The notes below the pieces were generated by a model. That model ran no database searches. It had not been told where the DNA came from and saw nothing but the letters and a program-made list of their open reading frames with translations. A DNA stretch of 64,000 nucleotides from Eledone cirrhosa (taxonomy: Eukaryota): NCBI GenBank assembly GCA_964016885.1, contig OZ024764.1, forward strand, positions 19,778,001 to 19,842,000, given 5' to 3'. The stretch's first letter is position 1. Each line of letters starts with the position of its first letter. Shown here piece after piece: positions 39,149-54,898 of this stretch. The translations under genes and the position numbers were made by a program.

Positions 39149-41805
39149 CTGTGTCTATATCAAACTCATTACATCATACTACAACAAATGTGTAGATCCA
39201 TCATCCTTGCTAAAACTGGGGTTAACCTTGTAGGTTTTACCTAGGACAGGGATCATAAACACCAGGTTTCTATTTTTGAAGTAGTGTTTGAAGATTTTGT
39301 GTAAATTAAAGTTTTTCACATTAAACTTTGATTTATTATACTTTAACAGGTAAGATATATATTTGTATTTTTAGTAAAGTTTGGGAACTTCTGTAATTTA
39401 AACCTGCCAATAAAATGAAAACTTTTGTTGTTGTTAGTCAGACATTGATATTAATTCTATTGTCCTGTACATTGTCTCACATATCACAGATTAAACAGAT
39501 TTTAACAATAACAACAGAAATCAATAACTTGTAAGCCTAATATCAAGCTTCCATTTTAACTATTTGATATTGTTGTTCCCCTCCGGTCTCTTCAGGTCTT
39601 TTAGATTTCAACTTCTATCTACTATACTATTCCATCACCAAGGCAACATTCGTCTGGATGGCAGCTTACATCAACTACAGATCTCCAACCCTTCTATCTC
39701 CAGATAGTCTTGTATCTGTCAGTCCCTCTAGATCTTACACCTAGTATCTAGTCTATGTTGAGTGGTACGTCCTTCTCCAGTAAAGGAGTTAATATTCCCA
39801 ACCATCTGTCTATCCTGTTTTCTGATGAGAATGAAGTCAATCTAGTTTATCTCTTCACCTGATTGAAGTAACTAGATCAAGTAACTAGATGTTTTCCTGT
39901 AAGTTAGTGTTGCAGTGTTCGTGTCACCATGTAAGGTTTATATCTATTAATATAGAGATGTAGTAAAGTTTTCACTGTTGTATCTCTACTTTCTAAATAT
40001 CTTAATAATGTTTCTCTACTATTTCAGAATATCACATGACCTTGACAGAAAAGTGTCTTTTAAAGACAACAGAAAGATGTTACATACAAGTGATATAAAC
40101 TTGTTTAGTCTGTGGTGAATTATGGTGAAATATTTCTTCTGAATTGAGATAAATAACAACATTTTCCTTTTTCACTGTCTGGAATATTTACAAGATGATT
40201 TTACATTCTGATTAAACTTTAGATATTTACAAAGGAGTTTTCAAAATATTTGGATATTGACAAAGATCACATTTGGTATAATTATGAACATTAGAAATAT
40301 TTACATCAACATAGGAATATTTTCCAGAAGAGATGGGAAAATCATTATACCACTGTAATATTTGTGGTAAAGTATTCTCTCTTCTTTATATGTAGAACAT
40401 CTAACTAAACACTTTAACTAACAAACTATTGTGCTATAGAATTGACAAACTTGAAGAATGTTTAATAAATGTTACAGATTTCTCCAAACTGTCGTTTACT
40501 AACTTTAATTTGAAGCTATATTATCTATATATTACTAAAACTCTGTGATTGTGTCTTGTCTGAATTTAATACAGCTAAAACGGTGCATAATGGGGAAATA
40601 CTTTGAAAAGAATAAAACAATTTTTGTATAAATTGGAGCACAGGTTCCCAAGATACGGGGTTTTCTGGGTACGTTGATAAATATAGCGAGAGAAAGAGAT
40701 AGTGGTTGTGAGAGAGAGGGAGCTGGTGGTGTTGTTTAATAAAATATGTGTGTGTGTATATATATATATATAAACGTATGTGTATAGATATATATATGTA
40801 TGTGTATATTTTAACTATTTAAAAATTATTTTAAAATGACTTTTAAAAAATAGTTTTAAGGGAACGTGACCCAACAGGTCCCGGGTGGTCTAGTTTGTTA
40901 CTAAATACTAGATATTAGAGGGTCATGTTGTTCTAGATGTGCTGGAAGAGCCATTCCATCTCGTGAGGCTCACACCAGCAGCTAGCCACCTCAGCACCTA
41001 TGGTGGTATATTTATTATATTATTTATTCTTTATCATTAACATTAATATAAAAGATAATTATATATTTTTAGAGCAGAACCTTTTTGTTGTGACACCTAC
41101 AGAACCACTTTACAATGTAGACTGGGTACTTTTTGTTGTGACACCTACATGACCACTTTACAGTTTGCACTGGGTGCTTTTTGCTGTGACACCTACATGA
41201 CCACTTTATAGTGTGGACTGGGTTCTTTTTGTTGTCACCTACATGACCACTTTACAGTGTGGGCTGGGTACTTTTTGTCGTAACATCTACATGACCACCT
41301 TATAATGTTGACTGTGTGTTCTTTACAGTGTGGGTTGGGTGCTTTTTGTCATATCTCCTATATGACCACCTCAAGATGGTCACATAACATCCATGAGCTT
41401 GGCTGGTCTCTCTGGGAGATCCAGCCAGATCAGTTGGAGTGGGTTGCTTCTGACGGGACCTTTTGGTGGGAGTGTTTGAGGTCTCTGCCCCCAAGACCCT
41501 CTCTGGAATAAGTGGGTTAATAAGAATAGGTTGAGGTTACATAATCAACATCAGATTTCCCTGCTAGCAAGGGTTTAATGAGTCTACTTCAACCAAGTAA
41601 GTACTGAAGAGAGGCTACTGATCTCCCAGACAGACCAAGGATCTGAGACTTATTTACATAAGGTCTCATTTGCTACTGAGTGCACAGAAAAGGTTATGAT
41701 TGAAGGGTTCTCCGACACTATTGTCGGGCAAGCTTTCTATGGCTAGATGTCCTTCACATGACCAACCACATTACAGCCTGTGTTGGGTGTGTTTATCATG
41801 TAGGT

Positions 41806-43851
41806 GAGACATAACAAATTGAGGGTTCCCCAAGGGCCACATAGGTTACATGTGTTGTCTGAGGGTTGCACACTACAACTAATTATGTACACGACAACTA
41901 ATTTGTCATTTAATTAAATATATTGCAGAAAGATTTGTTACTTAAATTTAGAAACATACAATGTACATACAAATGTTTTAGCAGCATTCATGAATACAAA
42001 GTAATGAAGTAGTTTGATAAAAAACTAAAATTTAACATGTCAACATATACTTGCAGATTGTAACAGCAACAAATACATTGTACACACATAACAACTGTTG
42101 AAAACTGAACATTTATTTGCTACTATTCAACCATTTTTAGTGTTTTGTCCTGAGGCTTGTCACTTCTTCCTGTTGACAATTTTTGGTCTGTCTGGCTGAA
42201 ATGTCTGTACAGTTTCAACTTTAATCAGAAATGTCAAGTGTTGATCTGTCAGCCTTGTCCTCTGAGAATTTTTTGTTAAGCTAAGTACAGACTCAGTATG
42301 GGCAGTGATTTTCAGCTCTTTGCACATAAGAAAATGAATTAAATTTTCATCTGACAACGGAGACTTCCATAAGCTAAGTTTTCTAATGAAGAACTTGATG
42401 TCATCATACAACTGAGTGATGGGTTTGTTTTTACCTTGTAATTTCAAATTAAGATCAGTTAATTGTGCAGTAATATCCACAAAAGAATCCTGATGTTGGA
42501 GCCAACTTTCATCTTTTATTTCATCTGTGTTTTGACCTTTCATCTCCAAAAACATAATTATTTCAACAAATAGAATCTTTTCAGCACTTTGTGACATGTC
42601 AACCAGCAGACTTCTGTGTAGAATGGAACATCGGTGAACTGATTATCCATATCTTCCAACAACTGGCTGAACTGACGGTGGTTGAGAGCACGGCCTCTGA
42701 TTTAGTTCACTGTCTTTGTGACCAAGCTAAGCACATGATGCAATTTTAAAATCTTTGAACATAAATTTTGCTGATGAATAATGCAGTGAAAATGTGCAAA
42801 TGATGAATCTAGATATGAGTTTTCTATTTTTGTTTGTAACTTGGCAGCAACACCATTATGTCTACCAACCATATTTGCAGCACTGTCAGTAGATAAACAT
42901 GCAAGTTTACTCAGATCAAAACCATGCAGACACTGTTTGACCTTCTCAAAGATGTCCTTGCTTGTTATAGTATCATGCATGGGGACCAGTTCAATCAGTT
43001 CTTCATAAATATTAAATTCACTGTCACAGGCCCTGATGAAGAATGCAAGCTGTACTATTCCAGTGATGTCAACAGTCTCTTCAATAGCAATAGAAACATG
43101 TTCAAACCTTGATGATACAGACTTTAACTGTTGTTTCAGATCACCTGACATTTCATTAATCTGTTCAGCAACAGTGTTCCTGGTTAATGAAATGTCTTTG
43201 AATAACTGTGCTTTCTCTGGACAATTTCAGCTGTTTTCACAAGACATTGCTTTACAAAATCTCCTTCACTGTAAGATTTCCCACTCATGGCAATCATTCG
43301 ACTGAGTTCATAGCTTTCAGTAACGGAAGTGACATTCTCTTCCTGAATTAACATAAAACAGGTCTGTTGCTGTGTCAAGTTAGACTTCAATTCCTTGAGT
43401 CTTGAAACACACATTGGGCCTTAATATTTATCGTAAGATCGAGGGTTTGTTACATAATGTCTTTTTAAATTGTACTCTTTTGGCGTGGAGATGTAGTTGT
43501 TGCAAATTAAACAGTGTATCTTTCTATTCACCATTGGGCAAAAATACTGTAATTCCCACTTTTCTTGAAACACTTGCCCTTCTTCGTTCAATTTCCTTTT
43601 TCTCTTAGCTGGAGGAGCACTAACCATTTCAAAAACAAAATCATTTGAAATTTTGAAAGAAAGTTTTCTGTTAATGAGCTGCACGTGATTAATGGAAGTT
43701 AAAAGTAGTTGACAAAAATTGCACCAAAAAAAATAATTGTATCGAAAATGTTTTAAATTTTATATTACGAAAATGAAACATGCTCGCACTGTAAAAACCT
43801 TTGTGTGGGCCGCAGCTTTGCTTGCAAAGGGCCGCATGTTTGACATGTCTG
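41806..43851 (-). mobile_element. hAT fossil copy 4 (near-identical to 8331-10376)
   Basis: Same TIRs and TSD; constant offset of 33,475 bp. Confidence 0.92.
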
Positions 43852-46119
43852 ATGTAGGTTACCAACACTAGGGAGGGAAGCATGTCCATCAGTGTCTTCT
43901 GCTACATTAACTACCAGGAGGTCACCACATGAGACAAAGACTACATTTCAAAGAAGGGTCACAAAAGAACTAAATACGAAAGTCCTCACAGCAAAAAGCA
44001 GAAGTGCTGTGCCCTGTGGATAAGATTGCAAAAGTATTCGCCCCGGACGATGGACAGTGACACCCACTGCAACAGCCACTCCAACCTCATGGGACTCCCT
44101 CTTCAGAAGGGCCACCAACGTACAGAGGAGCTTGGCAGTACGGGGTCCAAGTACTTCTGAGGTATCGATGGTGACCGGTGTGAAGAGACCTACAATTGAT
44201 GTCATCCCAGTTATGTTGGACTGTAATATACTGGGGTATAGAGAGGCCTTAACCTGTCACAGCCGAGCCACCCTGGGTTGTGTCATCTAGGTACTAGACA
44301 GGGGTAACTAGACCATGTTGTCAACTGTCACCACCAATAGGAGTGAGGCGAGTGGGTTCCCTTGCTAGACACCATATATAAAAACGTATTTGCTAATTAC
44401 TTTAATGAATAATTTGTTTCATACGTAATTATTACTTTTAACACAATAGGATTTTGTACACGGGTTTGTTTGAAAACATCTTTCAAAGAAGTATGAGACA
44501 GTCTTTTGCAGTCTTCTGGAGTTGCGACCGATAGATAGTATTAGCAATTGGAAAGACCAATGGAAACATTGTTTCCTCGGTCCGATTTGACTAAAAGTCG
44601 ATCGTAAAAAAAAAATATATATTTATATATAGAGAGAGAGATAGAGAAACACAAACGTACACTACTGTAAAACATATGTAAGGGGAGACAACTCTTGTTA
44701 CATCCCCCCTTCTTTTTGATATACGTGCTTTATATGTTTTGTACAATGAACTCTGCTTTATTTTGTGTCCTAAGTAGATTTCTGTTTAAGTATTTACGAG
44801 ATTCACAATGATTCACGGAACCAAGTTACTTACATAGAGATATATTTCACATAGAATCACAACAAATGAAAATATTAAGTCAACACTCTGTCAATCAGTC
44901 TCACATCACATGGGGTGCCTCTAATACTTTCTGAGACAGTCTCACCTCGAGTGATAGCAAGGCTAAGATGTTGGAACTACCAAACACCCTCATATGTATC
45001 ACCTGACACCTCGGTAAGGAGAGCTGCCAACGATAACAAGAACCTCGTTGTCAAGGACCTATCTCCTCCAAACTTCTCCAACACCACAGACTAGAATATT
45101 CTACTCTTTATTCCCTATCAAATATATTTCAGTCTAGTCATTTATCTTGTATCTTGTATATGTATTTTCAAAACTAACTGTCACATTTGTGAGACCCCAG
45201 TTAGGGATGTTTTTGTCTCCCTCCCACATCCTACATGCTGTAGTAAAAGTGAGGGTCACTGCTTCTGTAGACGAACGAAATAAAAGTTAAACTACCAGTA
45301 ATTATCGGCAAAGTATTTATTCCAGTCTGATGTTTGAGAAGCCGGGCTGCTGACAATGAAGTTGTGGTCACTGTTGGCAGCTGGCTTTACCGAAGTACCC
45401 GATGACTCTTGTGAGGGTACTTAGCTGTTTGGGTGGTTTAGCCTCCATATGACATGATTTTACTGAGATACCCGGTGATCTCTGTCAGTGTACTTAGCTG
45501 TTCTGGCGGTTTAGCCTCCACATGACATGATTTTACCGAGATACCCGGTGATCTCTGTCAGTGTACTTAGCTGTTCTGGTAGCTTAGCTTCCTTATAACC
45601 AGATCTTACCGAGATACCCGATGACTCTTGTGATGGTACTTAGCTGTTCTGGTAGCTTAGCCTCCATATGACCCGATCTTACCGAGATACCCGGTGATCT
45701 CTGTCAGGGTACTTAGCTGTTCTGGCAACTTAGCCTCCATATGACCCGAGATACCCGGTGATCTCTTCCAGGGTACTCGATTGATCCAGTACCCTACTAT
45801 TTCTACCAACAGGTTATATCGAGGTATCAAGTGATACTCTTTTCAAGTCAAGACCTCCTCTGCTGTCCTCTGTCTTCCAACTGCCCTGTTATTCTACAGA
45901 CTCACGAAAGTGGACACCACCTGAAGGAGAGAGTGGTTGGTGTAGTGGTCATCGCTGGCTATTGTCCGAGTGACACTGGTAAAATACACTACCTAGACTG
46001 AGGTAAAACGTCTACCGTCCATTCCTCACCACCAACACCTTACTTTCTCTATTTTAATTACATTTACTGTTTTCAACTTCATTTTTTATTACAAACTTTA
46101 CATAATTTAATTCGGTAAA

Positions 46120-46258
46120 AATATTTTACGTCACAAAAAAACATTGAAGCATGCGCAGTGGTGCAGTTGTCGACTTCCTGTCCACGTGTTAGTCTTCCTA
46201 CAACATCATTTAGAAAACATTTCTGTAAATACTAAACACCTGAGACTATAATGTAAGT
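46120..46258 (+). promoter_or_regulatory. Putative promoter and noncoding exon 1 of ZNF copy 4
   Basis: TTACGTCA 46126, GCATGCGCA, ACTTCCTGT, CACGTG; donor at 46253; predicted acceptor ends 53132. Confidence 0.6.
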
Positions 46259-48805
46259 ATTATGTCTATTAATATTGTAGATTTAAGCTCACTTTTCACA
46301 TCACAAATATATATTTTCTTGTTTGTTTCATTACTGGAAATATAAAATGTTATCGTAATTATCTATATTTTACCTACCTCTAATTAATTAAAGTGAAAAC
46401 TTTTGTTGTTGCTGAAAAATAAATTAACAAAACTAAATATTTAAATATTCTAAAGGTCGTTTTTATATTATGTGATGATATAATTAATATATTTTATTAC
46501 AATTGTATAAATTTACAGTAGAATAACGTTGTAAATATGTTTTAAATATATACATAAATAACATAAGTGTGTAAATAACATTATAAATTGCTGGCAATTC
46601 CTTGAGAAAGACATTACAAATATATTGTCTAAACTGTGTATAATAATATAATTTATTGAACAATAATGATAAAGGAAAGAAAAACACAGTGGGAGATGGC
46701 AGTTGACCACCAAGTGTGATAATAGGCCACACCTCACACCTTAGGGGTTAACTACACACTTTGAGGCAAGCCAACACACTGGCAGCATTACTAAGGTGTT
46801 GAAATAACCAGGTACCCCCACGGGTATCACCTGACACCTCAGTAAGGTGAGGCTAAGGTGCTGAAATAACCAGGTACCCTCACGGGTAGCACCTGATACG
46901 TCAGTAAGGTGAGGCTAAGGTGTTGAAATAACCAGGTACCCTCACGGGTATCACCTGACACCTTGGTAAGGTGAGTCTAAGGGGCTGGAATAACCAGGTA
47001 CCCTCACGGAAAAGACTAGATTTGTAGAAAAAGTAGGGTGAAAGTATACGAAGAGATGTAGTTTCACAGATCTACTCACACCTCACGTTGGGTGGGAAAT
47101 AATTATTTTTCTTAGATTTTTATCTAGACCCCTTTTCAATATTTTCTCTGAACCCCTTAGATACTTGCAATAGACGTTTTATTCCCCAGTATTAGGGTTA
47201 GGGTTTCCGTTTTCAGGAAGAAAAGTCGATTGCAAACATCTAAGAGGTCTAGAAATAAAACTAAGGAAAAATAATTATTTCCCAGCCAACTGGAGAAGTG
47301 TGTAGCTCTTCTAAACTCTGATAATCCTGTCTCCCACTTCTTTATCTACAAGTCGTTTCCTGCTACTTTGAAGGCCCTATTTATTGATAACACCACTTGT
47401 AAATCTTTGTCAACTTTTCATACGTAAATTGTGAATCAGTTATTTTTAAACAAACTATCAAAGAAGTGATCTCACAGTAACTGTGTTTGATTTAATCAAC
47501 TTATTCCCCCCCAACATTGTCGACCTTGTCTCTAAATCAGAAACTATTACAAGATCTTAAATCAATCTCGTAAAGATGAAGGGCAAAGCTAACCTCGGCG
47601 GGATTTCAACCCTTTATGTTATGAGTTCAAATCCCACCAAAGTTAACTTTGTCTTTCATTCTAACGGAGTGGATAAATTAAAGTTCCAGTAATCTACTGG
47701 GGTCTGAGATATTAACGTTTGAGTAGATTCTATCTTTCGTGTGTTTGTATTTATAATCTTACTAGAACACCTGTGACCTGTTGGGTCACGTTCCCTTTAA
47801 AAATAATATTTAAATAATTAAAATATACACAGATATGTATATAATGTAAAATGAAATTAGTAGGCCCATGTATATATATATATATATATATATGCGTGTG
47901 TGTGTATATATATATGTGTGTGTATATATATATATATATATACACACACGTCACTTGTTATAATTTTATAACTTTGTTCAACAGCACCACCAGCTATCTC
48001 TCTCACACACACCCATTATCTTTCTCTCTCTATTTATAAAGGTACCAGAAAAACCCCATATCCTGGGGACCTGTGCTCTGATTTACGTGAAACTTATTTT
48101 ATCCCATTTGTATTCCCATTTCAGAGTCAACTTCCTTTCAAACTATTTTCCCGTTATGCCCCGTTTTAGCTGTATTACATTACAGACAAGACACAATCAC
48201 AGAGTTTTAGGTTTATAATGTTATAGTATCACGATAGGGTAATACAGTTATTTATAGACCTGTGGTAAATGTTGGTTCAGTCCACCCTGGGGGGGTGTTA
48301 GTGTTGGTTCAGTCCACCCTGGGGTGTGTTAGTGTTCGTTCAGTACACCCTGGGGGATGTTAGTTTTGGTCATTGATAACCTTTATAACTAGAGGCCTGT
48401 TGGTGAGGACAAGCTGGAAGTGGTGACATCTTTCTGCTACCTGTGTGACATGTCAGCTGGAAGTAGTGCCAAGTTCACTGCCATCGTGCTGTGCCACTCC
48501 AGAGGTAATAAGTTTAGGCAGCTTCTCCTAATCCTCAAGACATGCTGGCTACCATTAGACACCATGGGGCAGGTTTATAACACCTGTGGGAGAAGTGTGT
48601 TGTTTCATGCCAGCGAGACCTGGGCCATGTTATCTGACTGTCTGAATTGACTCTGAAGAAATGACAAAGCTATGATCCACTGGATGTGTAGTGTGACCAT
48701 TGAAGATGATGTCAGCTCGACTGAGCTCCTAAAAAAAACTGCTGATCGACAACCTCAAGGATGTGTTTCACAGGAGACACATGCACTGGTATGGCCATGT
48801 TGTGC

Positions 48806-51390
48806 ATTCTCTCTCAACTCATCTATGCTTGGTCGTTGATGCACATTGACATTGCACATTCAACGGAGCATACTTGCTTCATTTCTCTCCAGCCGTTGCA
48901 TATCCTCCGCAGTTGCTGTCCATGTCTCACTACCGTGCAGCATCACAAGCCATTCGTTCTTAGAGAGAAACCCTTCTTTGTCAACAGAGGAAGCAGCTCC
49001 CTAAACTTCTTCCAACCCGTCCTTATTCTAGATACTATGGCCTCTGGGCACCCTCCTCCCATGCTAATTTGATCACCTAGATACCGGAAGCTATCAACCA
49101 CTTCTATAGAACCTATTTGCATTTGAAAAATGTGTCTATCACTGCGACTTCTACTGTCAAATTTCCCTGTACATCTACTGCATATGTATTTTTCCCTACC
49201 TGTTAGTTTGCCTGCTATCCCACTACATTTCTTGTGTACCCAAAATCTGCATTGTGTACATTATAGAATTTATGCCAGTTCCTTTTCTACATATTGAACA
49301 AGGCCATTTCCCTGATGGAATGACAGTTTTGTCCTCTTTTCTACTCATCAACACTTTAGTCTTAGCTAGGTTCACTCTCAGTCCTCTTGATTCCAACTGC
49401 TGTTGCAATAGCCAGAATTTATTCTCTAGCTCCTCTACTGATTCTGCTATAAGAACCATATCGTCAGCATAGAGAACATGCCATGGGCACCTAGTCTTAA
49501 ACTCCTCTGTTATGACTTGGAGGACTATAATGAACAAGAGCGGGCTGAGGGCCGAACCCTGATGTACTCCTGCATCTGTAATTCCTCACTAAACTCCATG
49601 CCTACCCTCACTTTACTGACAGCACCTCTGTACATAGCTTGCACTGTCCTCACAAACTATTCCTCTACACCTAGTTTCCTTAGGGACCACCAGATGACAG
49701 ATTGGGGTACTCTATCAAAGGCCTTTTCTAGGTGAACAAAAGCTAAGTATAGTGGTTTATTCTTCTCTAAGAACCTCTCTTGTAGTTGTCTCACTAAGAA
49801 GAGGGCATCTGTTTGACCCTTTCTCTAAGTTGCGCAAGTATTCTTTCTGTCACTTTCATAACCTGATCCATCAGTTTTATACCCCTATAATTACTCCCCT
49901 CCAGAACATCCCCTTTACCTTTATCTCAATTTATGAGAATACTGCTGCACCAGTCTTTGGGTATGACACCACCATATATAGCTTGATTAATGATACGTGC
50001 AACCAGTTTAATTCCTACTTCTCTTGATGCCTTCAGCATCTCAGCAACTATCCCCAACAGTCCAGCGGACTTACCATTTTTCATTTCCTTAATTGCCTCT
50101 TCGACCCTATAGTCGTCAATCTCAATAGCTGGTCCTTCTCTCGGGTCTACTGAAGGTAGCTCCCCTCCTATTCATTCTCCACATTCATCAGTCTCTCATA
50201 ATGACATTTCCAGGCCTCCTTTTTTTTTGAGAATCAGTGACACTAAGTGCACCAACATCCTGATTTACACTGACACACTGCCTTGCAATGTGGAACACTG
50301 CACATCTCTGATCTCCCCATCGCAGGACATTGGCAAACCTTCTACTCTCAGCCTCCCTGCATGTTAAGTAGACCTGACATCTAGCTTCTCTCTTAGTGGC
50401 TGTGAATCGGTCTCTACCCCTACCATTTTCCAAGCCTTTTGTCTCTAATGGCTCTATCTACCGTGCTGTTCCACCACCAAGTCACCCTCTGTCTGGTTGG
50501 AGCTCTGCTCCAGCCACAAGTTTCTTCAGTAACCTGCAGTAAGTAGTCACATAAAAAATTCCAGTTATCATCCATGTCATAGAACTCTAAATCATCTTCT
50601 TTTTCGTCATACACATCTTGATGGGCTTCCCTAAATTTATATTTTAGTGAAAGGTCTTTTAGTTTCCAGACCTTCCTTTTTCACACTTTCATGTATGTCT
50701 CTCTTTGTCTCTTGCTTACTGAGATGTCACTAACGACTAACCTATGTTGGGGGGTTACATTGTTCCCTGGGGTATGCCTTAGTATTTGACACCATCTATC
50801 TGTCTTACTCCCTAACTAGCAAGAAGTCAATCTGTCTCATGTGCTCACCTGATTCATAGGTTATTAGGTGGTTGGTAGGTTTCTTAAAGTGTTGCAACTG
50901 GTTAGTTCACTTGCATCACAAAATACAAGAAGCCTCACTCCTCCTTCATTTCTTGAGCCATAACCATGACCACCATGTACCCCAGTGTATCCATCCTGGA
51001 GCTGTCCAACATGACCATTGAAGTCCCCTGCTATTATAACTAGGTCTCTGTCATTGTGGTTATCTCTACTTATTCCTTTTCTACATATGGAGCAGGGCCA
51101 CTTTCCTAAAGGTGTCAGGGTCTTCTCTCCTATCCATTAGCACTTTAGTTTTGGCTAAGTATATTCTCAGAACTTACCATTTCAACTTCTATATCTATAG
51201 TTGGTCATCTACATAGAGAAGTTTCCATAGACAGCCAGTCTTAAACCTCTCTGTTATGGCTTGGAGAACTATGATGAACAACAGTGGGCTAAGAACTAAA
51301 CCATGATGAACTCCTACCTATACCTTCAATTCCTCACTAGACACACTTTACTGACAGCTTCTCACAAGCCATTCTTCTACACCTAATTTC
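48806..51390 (-). mobile_element. Degraded RTE LINE(s) in intron 1
   Basis: ORF fragments 49223-49537 (LYADD) and 50188-50614, homologous to 58128-60966. Confidence 0.9.
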
Positions 51391-51605
51391 CTTAACCCTT
51401 TAGTATATAAACTGGCCATATCTGGCCAGAATTCTCCCATATCTTTCTGTTCAAACTGGCCATAACTGGTCACTTATACTTATGTTAAGGTATTGTTCTC
51501 AAAATAAGTAACATCAAAATCTCATAGATTTGATATTATGAGAGATAAAGCATTTACTGTGAAAATATAATAGTAAATATAGAGTAATGTGAATACTAAA
51601 GGGTT

Positions 51606-52987
51606 AATCTGATATCACTAATAACTACTTTTATCAGTCAGTATAATCTAATGTCACTAATAACTACTTTTATCAGTCAGTTTAATCTAATGTCACTAAT
51701 AACTACTTTTATCAGTCAGTTTAATCTAATGTCACTAATAACTACTTTTATCAGTTTAATCTAATGTCACTAATAACTACTTTTATCAGTCAGTATAATC
51801 TAATGTCACTAATAACTACTTTTATCAGTCAGTATAATCTAAAGTCACTAATAACTACTTTTATCAGTCAGTATAATCTAATGTCACTAATAACTACTTT
51901 TATAAGTCAGTTTAATCTAATGTCACTAATAACTAATTTTATCAGTCAGTATAATCTAATGTCACTAATAACTACTTTTATCAGTCAGTATAATCTAATG
52001 CCACTAATAACTACTCTTATCAGTCAGTTTAATCTAATGTCACTAATAACTACTTTTATAAGTCAGTTTAATCTAATGTCACTAATAACTACTTTTATCA
52101 GTCAGTATAATCTAATGTCACTAATAACTACTTTTATAAGTCAGTTTAATCTAATGTCACTAATAACTACTTTTATCAGTCAGTATAATCTAATGTCACT
52201 AATAACTACTTTTATAAGTCAGTTTAATCTAATGTCACTAATAACTACTTTTATAAGTCAGTTTAATCTAATGTCACTAATAACTACTTTTATCAGTCAG
52301 TATAATCTAATGTCACTAATAACTACTTTTATAAGTCAGTTTAATCTAATGTCACTAATAACTACTTTTATCAGTCAGTATAATCTAATGTCAGTAATAA
52401 CTACTTTTATAAGTCAGTTTAATCTAATGTCACTAATAACTACTTTTATAAGTCAGTTTAATCTAATGTCACTAATAACTACTTTTATCAGTCAGTATAA
52501 TCTAATGTCACTAATAACTACTTTTATAAGTCAGTTTAATCTAATGTCACTAATAACTACTTTTATCAGTCAGTATAATCTAATGTCACTAATAACTACT
52601 TTTATAAGTCAGTTTAATCTAATGTCACTAATAACTACTTTTATAAGTCAGTTTAATCTAATGTCACTAATAACTACTTTTATAAGTCAGTTTAATCTAA
52701 TGTCACTAATAACTACTTTTATCAGTCAGTATAATCTAATGTCACTAATAACTACTTTTATCAGTCAGTTTAATCTAATGTCACTAATAACTACTTTTAT
52801 CAGTCAGTATAATCTAATGCCACTAATAACTACTTTTATCAGTCAGTATAATCTAATGCCACTAATAACTACTCTTATCAGTCAGTTTAATCTACTGTCA
52901 CTAATAACTACTTTTATCAGTCAGTTTAATCTAATGTCACTAATAACTACTTTTATCAGTCAGTATAATCTACTATCACTAATAACT
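51606..52987 (+). repeat. 39-bp minisatellite, ~35 copies
   Basis: Same unit, with an array-specific ATAAGTCAG variant. Confidence 0.97.
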
Positions 52988-53932
52988 AACCTATGTTAGT
53001 CAGCACATTCTTCACCAAAGAAGGCCTTAGTATTTATTACAGTCCATTTATCAATATAGAAATATTATATGAAATTTGTACTGATGTATTACAAGTTTCT
53101 GAGTATCTTATAATGTTCTTTTATTATTTCAGAATACCAGAGGACATTGGCATTAAAGAGCATGTTACATCAGACATATCCTCAACATTAACCATTTCAA
53201 ATGAAAGACACTACCCATCATTTTCAAATAATTTTGAAAACACTCAACACTTTGAAGGGATTTAGTAATATAACTAAAGTTCTCAGTATTAAGCTGCTAT
53301 TTGGAACATAACTTTGCACAATTTCATGAAGTTATAATGGAAAGTTTTTAGATAAATATAAAGACTGGTATGAAAAGGATAAAACACTTTTATATCAGTT
53401 GTTTCATCAACACCATTATTTAAAGATTAAAGGAAGCTGTTATACAGAACAGATACAACCTTGTTTATATAAATCTATGGGAGAAATACTGTGAAATATT
53501 TCTTGTAAACTCAATAACACTTCTATTCTTTGCTGTCTGGAATATGTAGAAGATACAATATAAGGCTGAAGAAATTTACAAATGATTTTGTAAGATCTTC
53601 ATATATTGACAAAGTTGATAGTTGATGGAACTACAGGAGTAGAAATATTTCCATTATTACAGGAATAACTAATCAAATAAAAATCAGAAAAATTAGATTC
53701 TTCACTATCTGGAATATGTACAAGATGATTTTATATGTATATTAAACTTGAGTAGATCTACAAAACAGTTTGTATCATCTTTAAATATAAAGAAAGACCA
53801 AAGTTGATAGAAATATATCTGGAGGAATATGTTTTAGGAATAATATTATAAACATAAAGGAGAAAAATATCCATATATTGACAGGAGAAAAATATTAAAA
53901 CTGTGAATTATGTGAGAAACTGAGGTGATTGA

Positions 53933-54898
<966 letters not shown>

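Noticed and set aside
51764-52999. 411-aa (also 203-aa and 115-aa) ORFs of MSLITTFISQ(F/Y)NL repeats
   Set aside because: By-product of a 39-bp (13-codon) minisatellite lacking stops in one frame; it lies upstream of the splice acceptor and its length tracks copy number
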